The notes beneath the pieces were generated by a model, which did not search any database, had not been told where the DNA came from, and was given only the letters and a program-made list of their open reading frames with translations. Positions 1 through 10,369 of a stretch of 64,000 nt of DNA are shown here, in pieces; the first letter of the stretch is position 1, and each line of letters opens with the position of its first letter. This DNA comes from Candidatus Latescibacterota bacterium (GTDB taxonomy: Bacteria; Latescibacterota; UBA2968; UBA8231), in the NCBI GenBank assembly GCA_965248265.1, contig CBDFJF010000001.1, positions 2,464,001-2,528,000 of the forward strand, given 5' to 3'. The position numbers and the translations under genes are program-made.

Positions 1-2460
1 GTCGACTACTTCCTCATTGTCTGGGACTATGTTCACTTCGCCCGTAACAGCGGCATGACGGTTGGTCCCGGGCGCGGCTCGGGCGCCGGTAGCCTGGTCG
101 CCTATAGCTTGCGCATTACCGACACCGACCCCATCGGCCACAACCTGTTGTTCGAGCGCTTTCTCAATCCAGAACGCGTGTCACCGCCCGATTTCGACAT
201 CGATTTCGCCGATCGCGACAAGATCGTTCAGTACGTCGTCGACAAGTATGGTGAAAGCAATGTCTGCCAGATCATCACCTTCGGGACGATGGGAGCAAAA
301 GCCGTCATCCGCGACGTCGGCCGAGTGTTGGGAATGCCTTTCGGAGAGGTCGATGCCATCGCCAAGCTGGTGCCGACCGAATTGAAGATGACCCTGGACA
401 AGGCCATCGAGCGCGTGCCTGAACTCAAGGACATCAGTGTCGCCAAGGACGAGCGCGGCCAGCTCATGGCCCACGCCCGCAAGCTTGAAGGGCTGGCGCG
501 CCACGCCTCCGTCCACGCTGCCGGTGTCATCATCGCCCCCAGCGACCTGACCGAGTTCGTGCCGCTCTACCGGGCGCCGAAGGATGGCAGGATCCTGACC
601 CAATGGGACGGTCCCACCTGTGAGGAAGTCGGCTTCTTGAAGATGGACTTCCTCGGACTCAATGAACTCAACCTGATGGACGAGGCCGTGCGCCTGATCC
701 GTATTCAGGAACCGGAGTTTTCGATCGAATCGATCCCCTGGGACGACCACGCTACGCTCGATCTCTTTGGACGCGGCGAGACCGTTGGGGTGTTCCAGTT
801 TGAAAGCGGCGGCATGCGGGAGTACCTGTCGCAACTCAAGCCGGACAAGATCAGCGACATCATTGCCATGAACGCGCTGTATCGCCCTGGTCCGATGGAG
901 AAGATCCCCAACTACATCGCCCGCAAGCACGGTGAGGAGGAGATCACCTATCTGCATCCGGACCTCGAGCCGATCCTGGAGGAGACCTACGGGGTCATCG
1001 TCTACCAGGAGCAGGTCCTGCAGATCGCCCAACGGTTGGCCGGTTTCACCATCGGCAGCGCCGATATCCTGCGCCGCGCCATGGGCAAGAAAAAGGCCGA
1101 AGAGATGGCGGCGCAGGAAAAGGCCTTCATCGAGGGCTGCCTGGCCAACGATGTCGACCGCAGGGTTGCCGATCAGCTATTCGCCGAGATCGACGTGTTC
1201 TCCGGGTACGGCTTCAACAAGTGTCACGCAGCGCCATACGCCGAACTGGCCTACAAGAACGCCTACCTCAAGGCCAACTACCCTGGCGAGTACATGGCAG
1301 CCAGCCTGACCACGTCGATGAGCAACAGCGATAACGTGAAGGTGTTGCTGGATGAATGCCGGCGGATGGATATCCCGGTTCTTCCCCCCAACGTCAACGA
1401 GAGCGCCGGGAACTTCGTCCCCACCCTCGAAGGCATCCGCTTCGGTTTGGCCGCCGTCAAGAATGTGGGCGCCGGCGCCGCGCAGGCCATCGTCGATGAG
1501 CGCGTTCAGGGCGGACGTTACACCGATCTTTTTGATCTGTGTGAACGCATCGACTTGAAAGCCGTTAACCGGCGGGTGGTGGAGAGTCTGATCAGTGCCG
1601 GCGGCCTCGACACGCTGGAGGGACACCGCGCTCAGATGTTGGAGGGACTGGAACTGGCTCTCAAGAGTGCCCAGCAGATCCAACTGCAGCGCGAACGCGG
1701 ACAAATCAGCCTGTTCGACACTCCAGGGGATGACTCGGGCAATTCGGCTGTCGAGCGCCTGAGCTTGCCTGAATTCGAGGAGTGGTCGGAAGGCCAGAAA
1801 CTGGCCCATGAACGCGAACTGCTCGGCTTCTACGTTTCCAGTCACCCGCTGGATCCCTACCAACGGGATCTCGAGTATTTCACCGTTTCACTCGCCGAGG
1901 TCCAGGAGCAGGAAGAGGGTAGTCTCTTGCGCGTGGGAGGTCTGGTTGGCCGCGTCAGCACCGCCAGCGACCGCAAGGGCAATCCGATGGCCTTCGTCAC
2001 CCTCGAAGACAAGATGGACCAGAGCGACGTGGTCTTTTTCTCCGATGCCTACAGCAAGCACCGCGACCTCATTCACCAGGACCAGCCCCTGCTGGTGGAA
2101 GGCCGGCTGTCCAGGCGCAACGGCACCGGCAACGTTCAGGTTGAATCAGCCATGTTGCTTTCGCAGGCCCGTGAACGGTTGACCCGAGCCCTGCACATCT
2201 CTCTGGTAGCCGACCAGGTCGTCCCGGACATGCTCGAGCAGCTAAAGACCGTGTGCCAGGGATATTCCGGACGCTGCGAGCTGGTGATCCATCTGCGCAA
2301 CGGCGGCGACACAGACACGGTAGTGCGCTCGCGCAGTATCCAGGTCGACCCCTGTGACGAGTTGTTGCGCCAGTTGAGCGAAGTCGTCAAAGGCGGCCGT
2401 TCCTGGCTGGCACCGGAACCGTTGGCCTTTCAGGCCTACCAGCGCAAGCGAAGTTTTTGA
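1..2460 (+). CDS. dnaE: DNA polymerase III alpha subunit (5' end lies outside the window)
   Basis: Frame is open from base 1 (VDYFLIVWDY...GPGRGSGAGSLVAY). Contains FERFLNPERVSPPDFDIDF, LKMDFLGL, GVFQFES, YGFNKCH and a C-terminal OB-fold-like region. No intein seen. Confidence 0.98.
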   Translation, partial: VDYFLIVWDYVHFARNSGMTVGPGRGSGAGSLVAYSLRITDTDPIGHNLLFERFLNPERVSPPDFDIDFADRDKIVQYVVDKYGESNVCQIITFGTMGAKAVIRDVGRVLGMPFGEVDAIAKLVPTELKMTLDKAIERVPELKDISVAKDERGQLMAHARKLEGLARHASVHAAGVIIAPSDLTEFVPLYRAPKDGRILTQWDGPTCEEVGFLKMDFLGLNELNLMDEAVRLIRIQEPEFSIESIPWDDHATLDLFGRGETVGVFQFESGGMREYLSQLKPDKISDIIAMNALYRPGPMEKIPNYIARKHGEEEITYLHPDLEPILEETYGVIVYQEQVLQIAQRLAGFTIGSADILRRAMGKKKAEEMAAQEKAFIEGCLANDVDRRVADQLFAEIDVFSGYGFNKCHAAPYAELAYKNAYLKANYPGEYMAASLTTSMSNSDNVKVLLDECRRMDIPVLPPNVNESAGNFVPTLEGIRFGLAAVKNVGAGAAQAIVDERVQGGRYTDLFDLCERIDLKAVNRRVVESLISAGGLDTLEGHRAQMLEGLELALKSAQQIQLQRERGQISLFDTPGDDSGNSAVERLSLPEFEEWSEGQKLAHERELLGFYVSSHPLDPYQRDLEYFTVSLAEVQEQEEGSLLRVGGLVGRVSTASDRKGNPMAFVTLEDKMDQSDVVFFSDAYSKHRDLIHQDQPLLVEGRLSRRNGTGNVQVESAMLLSQARERLTRALHISLVADQVVPDMLEQLKTVCQGYSGRCELVIHLRNGGDTDTVVRSRSIQVDPCDELLRQLSEVVKGGRSWLAPEPLAFQAYQRKRSF

Positions 2461-2544
2461 AGCAAGGCTGAAACCGCCAGGTCGAAGCGCCCGTCTAAAA
2501 GGTCGGCGCTGCGCTCCTGCCGTTAACCCGAGTCCGCTACTAAG

Positions 2545-3108
2545 ATGAAGCTCAACGCAGCGTTATGCTTTCCTGCTCTCCTGGTCGGGCTTGTGGTCGC
2601 GGGTTGCCGCCCCAGCCACGACGCCGATGGCGGTACCGACGAACGTTCGCCGGATACCGAGATTCCGCTGGTTGGCGAATTCGACCTAAAAACCTACAGG
2701 GGCAAGGTTGTCCTCCTCAATTTCTGGGCTACCTGGTGCGGACCCTGTCGGATCGAAATTCCTGCCTTGGTCAAGTTGCGCAAGAGCTTCAAGCCGGAGG
2801 AGGTCGCCATCATCGGCGTTGCTACGGGTGAGCGCGGCGCCCAGCGGCAGGTGCAGAAGCTGCTGAAGACGGTCGCCGCGGAGTACGACATCAATTACGA
2901 GCTCTACTACGACCATGACAACGCCTTGTTCTATGAATGGGCGGAGCGTGCTTCGCTCATGGGTGCACTCCCGTCGACCCTGCTGTTCGACGCCAGCGGC
3001 GAACTCCAGGGTAAACACCTGGGCGTTCCCCGCAACCGGAGAACGGGCAAACTCGATCCCTTCGGTGTTATTGGTGAGGAGATTCAGTCGATCAAGGACG
3101 GCGGTTGA
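2545..3108 (+). CDS. TlpA/ResA-family thiol-disulfide oxidoreductase, lipoprotein
   Basis: GKVVLLNFWATWCGPCRIEIP motif, cis-Pro region LPSTLLFD, lipobox VVAGC. Confidence 0.9.
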   Translation: MKLNAALCFPALLVGLVVAGCRPSHDADGGTDERSPDTEIPLVGEFDLKTYRGKVVLLNFWATWCGPCRIEIPALVKLRKSFKPEEVAIIGVATGERGAQRQVQKLLKTVAAEYDINYELYYDHDNALFYEWAERASLMGALPSTLLFDASGELQGKHLGVPRNRRTGKLDPFGVIGEEIQSIKDGG

Positions 3109-3138
3109 GTCTGAGCCAGTCTGTCACGTGATGGTATA

Positions 3139-3179
3139 GAAAAGGGGGACGGTGTCAGACACCGTCCCCCTTCTTTTTT
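3139..3179. terminator. Bidirectional intrinsic terminator
   Basis: Perfect 15-bp inverted repeat AAGGGGGACGGTGTC-A-GACACCGTCCCCCTT (3142-3172) with A-tract on the left and T-tract on the right, between convergent genes. Confidence 0.85.
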
Positions 3180-3194
3180 AGTCTTGCCGAGCCT

Positions 3195-3479
3195 TCAGCT
3201 GACGTAATTCTTGAGTACCTTTTGTCCATGCCGCTTGACCAGAACCTCCTTGAACTTCACGATCGTCGTGCCGTCACGCAGGTTGTCGATCATCGCCTTC
3301 TTCGACATCACCAGTAGGGTGCCTCTGCGGTAATCCGGAAAGCGGCAAAAGCTGGAGGTGACCTCCTCGCCGGTGATGCAGCAGACATCCTCTACTTCCA
3401 GTTCTTGGTGCTTCCTGGGATCGAAGGAAAAATCGGTCGATTCGTCTTCTTCGGAGCGCGCGTTCGAACGCTCTGTCAT
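3195..3479 (-). CDS. Small hypothetical protein (94 aa)
   Basis: GGAGG RBS upstream, ends just before the shared terminator, no family recognised. Confidence 0.7.
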   Translation of the reverse strand: MTERSNARSEEDESTDFSFDPRKHQELEVEDVCCITGEEVTSSFCRFPDYRRGTLLVMSKKAMIDNLRDGTTIVKFKEVLVKRHGQKVLKNYVS

Positions 3480-3712
3480 CTTGTATCCTCCATGTGTACT
3501 CCGGTTGTGTACTCCGGTAATGCGGGATCTTGAGAGCTATAATAGACGGCCCCGAGCGGTTTAAATTAAATTGTCCCCAGAGCGGTCCGAATTAAATCGC
3601 CCCCCCCCAGCGGGTCGGTGCACTTTTTAAGATAGGCGCTGGAGTGGAGGTCGGGCAAGGGTCGGAGCAGGTAAGGGCTGTGATGAGGGGCCCCTCGCAG
3701 ATCGCCGTGTGC

Positions 3713-4473
3713 TCAGAAGGGTAGATCCTGGAAGCGGGACAGTATGTCGGGGCCGTTGGTAGTGACGGCGACCGTGTGCTCGAACTGGCCGACAACTTGC
3801 CGTCCTGGGTCACCGCGGTCCATTCATCGTCGAGCACGCGGGTGTCAGCAGTGCCCTCGTTCACCATCGGCTCGACAGTGAAAACGATGCCGGCCTCCAA
3901 TCTGCGACCCGTGTCCGGCATGCCGAAGTGCAGTAACTGCGGCTCCTCGTGGAAGGCCCTGCCGATTCCGTGCCCGCAGTACTCGCGCACCACCGAGAAC
4001 CCTTCGGCCTCAGCATGATTTTGTATGGCATGGCCGACGTCACCCAGACGCTGGTCGGCGCGCGAGGCCTGGAGGCCGATCTCCATGGACTCGCGGGTTG
4101 TGTCGAGCAACCGTTGGGCGACGACACTGAGAGCACCGACGCCGACACTCACATTCATGTCGCCATGGTACCCATCTTTGTGAACGGCGATGTCCACGGA
4201 AAGGATATCGCCTTCGACGAGCTTGCGATCACCGGGGATACCATGAACGACTTCCTCGTTCACGGAGATGCAGATGCTCTTCGGATATCCGCGATACCCC
4301 TTGGCGCTGGGGATAGCCCCGCAGCCGCGAATGTAATCGTCTGCCTCCTCGTCCAGCTGAGCGGTGGTAACCCCGGGTGTGATCTGATCCATCACCCGGG
4401 CCATGGCTTCCGCGGCGATGCGGCAGCTGGCGCGGATCTTTTCGACCTCCGCGGGGGACTTCAGGTGGATCAT
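3713..4473 (-). CDS. map: Methionine aminopeptidase type I, with an apparent 1-nt deletion near 3787
   Basis: SICISVNEEVVHGIP, DGYHGD, GHGIG, FHEEP, FTVEPM. The expected SAQFEHTVAVT resumes in another frame after ...DGKLSA and ends at TGA 3713-3715. Confidence 0.93.
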
Positions 4474-4590
4474 TCGGGCCTTTGGTACGGACGTGTTGCG
4501 GTCACCGCCGCGCTGGCTGCTCTTGCCATGCTCCCTGTGGACGTAAATTAGGGTCGCTGCCCGAGTGCGTCGAATACCCTCTTTAGGCCT

Positions 4591-5631
4591 ATGACTGCGA
4601 CCGACTTCATAGCTGAACCCATCATCTCTTTACTGATGCCCGTGTACCAGGCTGCCGCTACCCTGCCGGAAACGCTCGAGAGCCTGCGCTCCCAGTCGCT
4701 GGATCGCTTTGAGATCGTCGCCGTTGACGATGGCTCAACGGACGAGAGCCGAGCCATCCTCGAGGCATGGCGACGGACCGATTCCCGTCTGCGCCCGGAG
4801 TTCCAAGATCACGCCGGCCTTACCCATGCCCTTAACCATGGCCTTCGATCGTGTAAGGCACCCTACATCGCCCGCATGGATGCCGACGACTTGGCCGCGC
4901 CCCAACGGCTGGAAAAGCAGCTGCAGTTTATGGAGCACCATCCCCAGGTGAGCGTCCTCGGCACGCAGATAGAGTGTTTTCCGGCGGACCAGGTGGGGGA
5001 GGGATACCGCGTTTACTGCGAGTGGCAGAACGCCTTGATCGAGCACGAGCAGATTGCGCGGGAGATCTTCGTCGAGAGTCCCCTCACCCATCCTTCTGTC
5101 ATGCTTCGGCGCGACGAGCTGCTCGCCCTCGGAGGCTATCACGATTGTGTCTGGGCGGAGGACTACGACTTGTGGCTGCGTTACTTCTCCGCCGGCAAGC
5201 GCTTCGCCAAGTTGCCCGAAGTCCTGCTGTCATGGCGTCAACATCCGGGACGGTTGACGCGCACGGACTCGCGTTATTCGGTCGAGAATTTCCTGCGGGC
5301 GAAAGCCCACTATCTGCTCGCCGGTCCCCTGCAGGGTCGCGATGCCCTGTTCGTCTGGGGCGCCGGCAAGACGGGGCGCCGGATCTCCAAACACCTCATA
5401 CGCGGCGGCTGCACACCCACCGCATTCATCGACATCGATGACAACAAGATCGGAGGAACCTTGCGGCGGGTCCCCGTTATCGGGATGGGCGACCTGTCAA
5501 AACAGTGGTCGCAGTGGCAGCGCCCATTCCTGCTGGCGGCAGTGGCCTCTCGCGGTGCACGGAAGTTGATCCGGGAGGAATTGGAAAAACTGCAGCTGGC
5601 CGAGGGTGAGGACTTTCTGTGTGCCGCGTGA
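4591..5631 (+). CDS. GT2-family glycosyltransferase with C-terminal Rossmann-like domain
   Basis: [39 protein letters not shown]; C-terminal VWGAGKTG. Confidence 0.9.
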   Translation: MTATDFIAEPIISLLMPVYQAAATLPETLESLRSQSLDRFEIVAVDDGSTDESRAILEAWRRTDSRLRPEFQDHAGLTHALNHGLRSCKAPYIARMDADDLAAPQRLEKQLQFMEHHPQVSVLGTQIECFPADQVGEGYRVYCEWQNALIEHEQIAREIFVESPLTHPSVMLRRDELLALGGYHDCVWAEDYDLWLRYFSAGKRFAKLPEVLLSWRQHPGRLTRTDSRYSVENFLRAKAHYLLAGPLQGRDALFVWGAGKTGRRISKHLIRGGCTPTAFIDIDDNKIGGTLRRVPVIGMGDLSKQWSQWQRPFLLAAVASRGARKLIREELEKLQLAEGEDFLCAA

Positions 5632-5722
5632 TGTCACGCAACGGTTGGAAAAATTTGCGGCGCTCTTTGGCCTGATTGTTCGGCCTAAAAACGCTTGCCA
5701 AATTTCCGGACTCTTGCTAACA

Positions 5723-6262
5723 ATGGCTATGCGCGCAGCGACCGAAAGCACACTCGAACGCCTCCAGCTGGTGCTTGGCGATATCACACAGCTGCACGTG
5801 GACGCCATCGTCAATGCCGCCAACGAGTCGCTCTTGGGTGGTGGTGGCGTTGACGGCGCCATCCATCGCGCTGCCGGACCCGAGTTGCTCGTTGAGTGCC
5901 GTACTCTGAATGGCTGCCCGACGGGTGAGGCACGCATGACCGCCGGTTACCGACTGCCGGCCAGCCACATCATCCACACGGTGGGTCCCGTGTACTCGGG
6001 CAGCGCCCGTGACGCTCAACTGTTGAGCGATTGTTACCGCAACAGTCTCCTCCTCGCTGCCGACGCCGGGCTGCAAAGTGTCGCCTTCCCGGCAATAAGT
6101 TGCGGGGTCTACGGCTACCCCATTGAAGAGGCGGCTCCGATCGCCATACATACCTCCTGCCTCCACCTGCGTGACCACGCCTCCCCGTCTGTGGTGATGT
6201 TCGTCCTGTTTAGTGATGCAGATCACCAAACGTACGAACGTCACATGAATTCTCCCTCGTAA
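5723..6262 (+). CDS. Macro-domain protein (YmdB-like O-acetyl-ADP-ribose deacetylase)
   Basis: [50 protein letters not shown]. Start 5723 or 5729. Confidence 0.93.
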   Translation: MAMRAATESTLERLQLVLGDITQLHVDAIVNAANESLLGGGGVDGAIHRAAGPELLVECRTLNGCPTGEARMTAGYRLPASHIIHTVGPVYSGSARDAQLLSDCYRNSLLLAADAGLQSVAFPAISCGVYGYPIEEAAPIAIHTSCLHLRDHASPSVVMFVLFSDADHQTYERHMNSPS

Positions 6263-6425
6263 TCAGCATCATTTGTCTAAGCATTTCTCCGCCGCAGTCG
6301 ATCTAGTAGAGTACTAGGGTTTTTGTCCGCGCCGTGAGGAACAACACTTCCGCCGGCGCGTTCGTTTTCTAGCATCAGGGCGGTGCCATCTCCTTCCCCA
6401 GCGAACCGAAGCGAGAGGAGCCTCA

Positions 6426-7172
6426 ATGCAAGACGCCAGCTATCTCAACATCGACACGGGCGAGCGAGAGACCGTTTTCTTTTTTATGCTGAATGCCTAC
6501 CTGCTCTCCCGCATTGACACGGAGCACGAGTCTACGGAAGACGAGGAGGTCAACGTCTACATGGCCGGTTTGCTGCAGTCTCTGGTAGACGGCAGCTTCC
6601 ATGCCGGCCACGGAGAGTGGTTGGCGACGACGCCAACGGACGTGTTTAGCAAGGTCGAGGAAGGTGACTCCAATCGCCATCGGCTGGAAGTCTACCGCTC
6701 CAATGCCGACTACCGCATGATCACCTTTGGCCTGTTTGCAGGATTTGGCGAACGCCACACCGACCGGCGCTCGCTAAGCACTTCAGGGGATGCCAAGCTG
6801 GAGGAAGCCCAGCAGTACTACGGCTGGGCTGCGCTGTTCAGTGCGCGCATGCCTGAGCGCTATCGCGGCTTGAGTGTCACGTTGGAAAAGCTGGCGGAGA
6901 ATTTCAACACTTACGTGGACGTGCTCTCCTACATGGGAGCCAACTACATGAACTTCATCGAGCGCTTTTCCGCCGGTGAGATGTTTCACCTCGAGCACGA
7001 AGCCCACGAGGCCGCCGTACCCAAAATCCGCGAACAGGTTCTCGACCACATGCTGGACGCCTACAACCAGTGGAAGGCGGAGCCGACACCGAGCAATCGC
7101 AAGTCGCTGACCGAGGCCTCGGCGCAGTACGTGCAGCTAGACCCGAAATTCAACCCTGAGATCTTTGCCTAG
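6426..7172 (+). CDS. Hypothetical soluble protein (248 aa)
   Basis: GAGGAG RBS, typical codon usage, no function recognised. Confidence 0.8.
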   Translation: MQDASYLNIDTGERETVFFFMLNAYLLSRIDTEHESTEDEEVNVYMAGLLQSLVDGSFHAGHGEWLATTPTDVFSKVEEGDSNRHRLEVYRSNADYRMITFGLFAGFGERHTDRRSLSTSGDAKLEEAQQYYGWAALFSARMPERYRGLSVTLEKLAENFNTYVDVLSYMGANYMNFIERFSAGEMFHLEHEAHEAAVPKIREQVLDHMLDAYNQWKAEPTPSNRKSLTEASAQYVQLDPKFNPEIFA

Positions 7173-7174
7173 TC

Positions 7175-7666
7175 CTACAGGCCCAGGATATCCCGGGTCA
7201 GCTTGGGGAAGGAATCCAGTTCGCGAACTTCGTAGCGGTTGCCCTCGACATCTTCGATGAGAGCTCGATTTCGCGGCAGGGCCCGGATCTTGTTCCGGTA
7301 CCCACGCACGTAGATGGTGCGGGGCCCGCTCGATGTCACCACGTCCATGTAAATGACGTTGTGCTCCTCGCCGAGATCCCGAAACTCCGTGATGATGGGC
7401 AGGAAGTAGGTCTTCTCCAGTTCGTGATCGAGGACAGCACTGCTCTCCGTGTCGAGTCGGTGTGGATCTTCGAGCAGTCCCAACTCGCTGCCGTCGGCCT
7501 GGATGAATCCGATATAACGATCGGCATGAACCAGTGGAAACGCGCGCCGGACACGGATGTCCTCATACCTCTTGTCAGCAACCTGGACACACAGGGTGCC
7601 GCGATTCGACCGGTAGATTCGCAAATCCTTCGCATTCAGCTGGTTGTTGTTATCCGTCATCCCCAC
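7175..7666 (-). CDS. DUF1854-family protein
   Basis: VRRAFPL...YIGF...ELG, ELEKTYFLPII, LIEDVEGNRY; directly downstream of an ABC exporter, the usual context for this family. Confidence 0.8.
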   Translation of the reverse strand: MGMTDNNNQLNAKDLRIYRSNRGTLCVQVADKRYEDIRVRRAFPLVHADRYIGFIQADGSELGLLEDPHRLDTESSAVLDHELEKTYFLPIITEFRDLGEEHNVIYMDVVTSSGPRTIYVRGYRNKIRALPRNRALIEDVEGNRYEVRELDSFPKLTRDILGL

Positions 7667-10051
7667 TCACACCAGTTGCGCAAGCTTTGTCTGGATGTCG
7701 ACCAGACGCTTGTAGGTTCCATCTTCACGCTGCATCAATTCTTTGTGTGGTCCCACCTCGACGATGCGACCCTTGTCCATGACGATCAACCGGTCCGCGT
7801 TCTTGAGTGTCGACAGGCGATGCGCGATCGCGATGGTGGTGCGATTGGCGATGAGGCGGCTCAGCGCCTGTTGTATTTCTGATTCTGTCTCCGTGTCGAC
7901 GGAGCTCGTCGCCTCATCCATAATCAAAATTCGCGGATCCCCGATCAGGGCACGCGCGATCGAGATCCGCTGGCGCTCGCCCCCGGACAAGCGACCACCG
8001 CGCTCTCCGACCTGGGTGTCATAGCCGTCCGGAAAATTGATGAACTGGTGGGCATTCGCGGCCCGCGCCGATTCCATGATCTGCATCGGTGTCGCGTCCG
8101 GTTTGCCGTAGGCGATGTTCTCGGCGATCGTGCCCTGGAACAACAGCGGTTCCTGCAGCACGACCCCGATTTGAGCCCGCACTCTTTGTTGCTGCAGGTC
8201 TTTTATGGGATGGTCGTCGATGAGAATCTCGCCGTCGGTGGCATCGTAGAATCTGGACGCCAGGTTGGCCAGTGTCGACTTGCCGGCGCCGCTGTGGCCG
8301 ACGATGCCGATCATCTCACCCGGTTCGACCGTGAAACTGACGCGATCCAGGATGCGAGCCAGGCCATCGTAGGTGAAGCTGACATCGCGAAACTCGATCT
8401 TGCCCTCGATGACGCCGGGATCGATCGCCTTGGGCTGATCCTCGACGTCCAGCTCGGTATCGAGGACTTCGAACACACGCTCGGCCGAGGTTGCCGCCTC
8501 TTCCAAACTCTCCGACAGCATGCACAGATCGCGCACCGGTTGGTGGAACATCGTCATGTAGGCGATGAACTGCTGCAGCTCTCCCAGCGACATCCTGTCT
8601 CCGAGCACCATGCCACCACCGAAATACCACAGAATCACTGACCCTACGCTGGTCGTGAAGGTGATCGCTGGCATGAACGTGGCCTTCATCTTGACCTGGG
8701 CCATCATCGACTGGCGCAGCTGCGTGTTCTTGTTGTCGAAGCGGCGATTCTCGCGATTCTCCTGGGCAAAGGACTTGACCACCTTGACCCCGGGTATGGT
8801 ATCGGCCAGCTGCGAGTTGAGCTCCGAAATCCGGCGCCATATTCGATGAAAAACCCAGTGCACCCGTGCCCGGTAGAGCAAAGTGCCCGCAACCATGAAC
8901 GGCGTCGGGATCAAGGCCAGCAGCGCCAGCCGCCAGTTCAGGTAGAACAGCGCCCCGCCGATGCCGATCAAGGTCAGGATCGAGATGGCCATGTCCTGAA
9001 AGCCGACGGTGATGAAATTGCGCATGCGATCGGTGTCACCCGTGACACGTGTCATGATGCGACCGGTGCTGACGCGGTTGTAATAATTGAGCGACAGCAG
9101 CTGCAAGTGTCCAAAGACGGCGGTCTGCAAGTCGTAGACGACGCGCTGACCGAGCCATCCGAGGGTGTATTGGCGGGCACTGCCCATCAGCGTGCGCACG
9201 ATGAACATGCCGAGAAGGCCGACAACCAACCATCCAAGAGTCGGTCCGGATTCGGCCGCCAGAGCCAGCGCGTAGTCAGCGGTTGCTAGCGCGACTTCCT
9301 GCGCCTGCAGTCGTGCCGATTCAGTGACAGCCTCGGCAACGGACTGCTCTGCCTCACTCGCCTTTAGGTAGGCCGCCGACACCGGAAACAGCACATCATC
9401 GATGAGGATCCTGTTCAACAACGGGGGCACGAGGCTGAACCCCGTGAGGACCAGAGTCAGCACGAAACCGATGGTCGCAATCCCGCGGTACCGCTTTACA
9501 TAGGTGAACAGGCGCGAAAAGGTTTCGGATTTGCGGATGCAGTTGAGGCAAATTGTGGTGTCGGCGCGCAGCGCGCGACCACACGTCTTGCAGTGTTCGA
9601 CCTTCGGAGGCGCCAGGGCAGGCGGATCGATCTCCGCCTCATGCGACAGCGGATCGGCCAGGGCTGCTTCCACTGCCAACGGAATTCCCGAGAACTTGTA
9701 GTACGCTCCCTGGGAGAAGCGGACGATCTCGCGGGTTTCGCCCGGCAGGTCGACGACGAGGGCTCCGTTGCCAACGTAGTTTTTCGTGTGGATCTTCTGG
9801 ATGTCGCGCAGAAGAATGGCTTCGATCTCGGGCTCGGACCCACCGTTGGGATGGAGGATCATGAGCCGCTCGTCCGTGAGAGCGAGCCAGGAATCGGCGA
9901 AGTTACCCTCCCGGTCGAGATCGGCTGACAACAACACCATCACCAATTCGCCCGGTTGCAGCTCGTGGCGCAGATGCTTCTCAAGCTCCTCTGGGATGGG
10001 CTCGACTAGTTCCACTCGAAACTCACTCGCGAGCGCACTCGCGACGAGCAC
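7667..10051 (-). CDS. ABC exporter (permease + ATPase) with N-terminal extension and Cys-rich linker
   Basis: Walker A GHSGAGKST, signature LSGGERQR, Walker B ILIMDEATSS, IAHRLST, TM domain, CKTC...CLNC linker. Start uncertain. Confidence 0.93.
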   Translation of the reverse strand: MLVASALASEFRVELVEPIPEELEKHLRHELQPGELVMVLLSADLDREGNFADSWLALTDERLMILHPNGGSEPEIEAILLRDIQKIHTKNYVGNGALVVDLPGETREIVRFSQGAYYKFSGIPLAVEAALADPLSHEAEIDPPALAPPKVEHCKTCGRALRADTTICLNCIRKSETFSRLFTYVKRYRGIATIGFVLTLVLTGFSLVPPLLNRILIDDVLFPVSAAYLKASEAEQSVAEAVTESARLQAQEVALATADYALALAAESGPTLGWLVVGLLGMFIVRTLMGSARQYTLGWLGQRVVYDLQTAVFGHLQLLSLNYYNRVSTGRIMTRVTGDTDRMRNFITVGFQDMAISILTLIGIGGALFYLNWRLALLALIPTPFMVAGTLLYRARVHWVFHRIWRRISELNSQLADTIPGVKVVKSFAQENRENRRFDNKNTQLRQSMMAQVKMKATFMPAITFTTSVGSVILWYFGGGMVLGDRMSLGELQQFIAYMTMFHQPVRDLCMLSESLEEAATSAERVFEVLDTELDVEDQPKAIDPGVIEGKIEFRDVSFTYDGLARILDRVSFTVEPGEMIGIVGHSGAGKSTLANLASRFYDATDGEILIDDHPIKDLQQQRVRAQIGVVLQEPLLFQGTIAENIAYGKPDATPMQIMESARAANAHQFINFPDGYDTQVGERGGRLSGGERQRISIARALIGDPRILIMDEATSSVDTETESEIQQALSRLIANRTTIAIAHRLSTLKNADRLIVMDKGRIVEVGPHKELMQREDGTYKRLVDIQTKLAQLV

Positions 10052-10369
10052 CGGTTGTGCTGCCCGTGCTTCGAAGGCCGGAATTTTCGGTATAAGATAT
10101 TGTTTTTTATTATTTTAGAGATTGGATAGCAAGTTGCGCCGGTGACCGCAACTCGATCTGGTAAGTTAGGCAGAGCCGCGCATGCTTGCAACACAACCGC
10201 TTGAAGGGAAGTAGGTTACGACAGAACCCGCTGGGCGGCGAGGTGCGCGAGGTCACGGTTGTTTGACAACCGTCATCGACAGTCGTTGTGCGTGACATTG
10301 TTGCTGTATTATCGTGATATTATTGCTGTATTATATTGTTTTTATTGACTTTTTTCAGGGAGTTCCCGT

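Noticed and set aside
1-2460. Intein or split in dnaE
   Set aside because: The polymerase motifs run continuously and no intein signature is visible in the part within the window.
5723-6262. Macro domain as an antitoxin or anti-phage component
   Set aside because: It is an ordinary stand-alone YmdB-type protein with no ADP-ribosyltransferase or sirtuin neighbour.
10123-10138. sigma54-like TGGATAGCAAGTTGCG upstream of glcD
   Set aside because: The spacing fits but the -24 element is poor and it lies about 230 nt from the start; likely chance.
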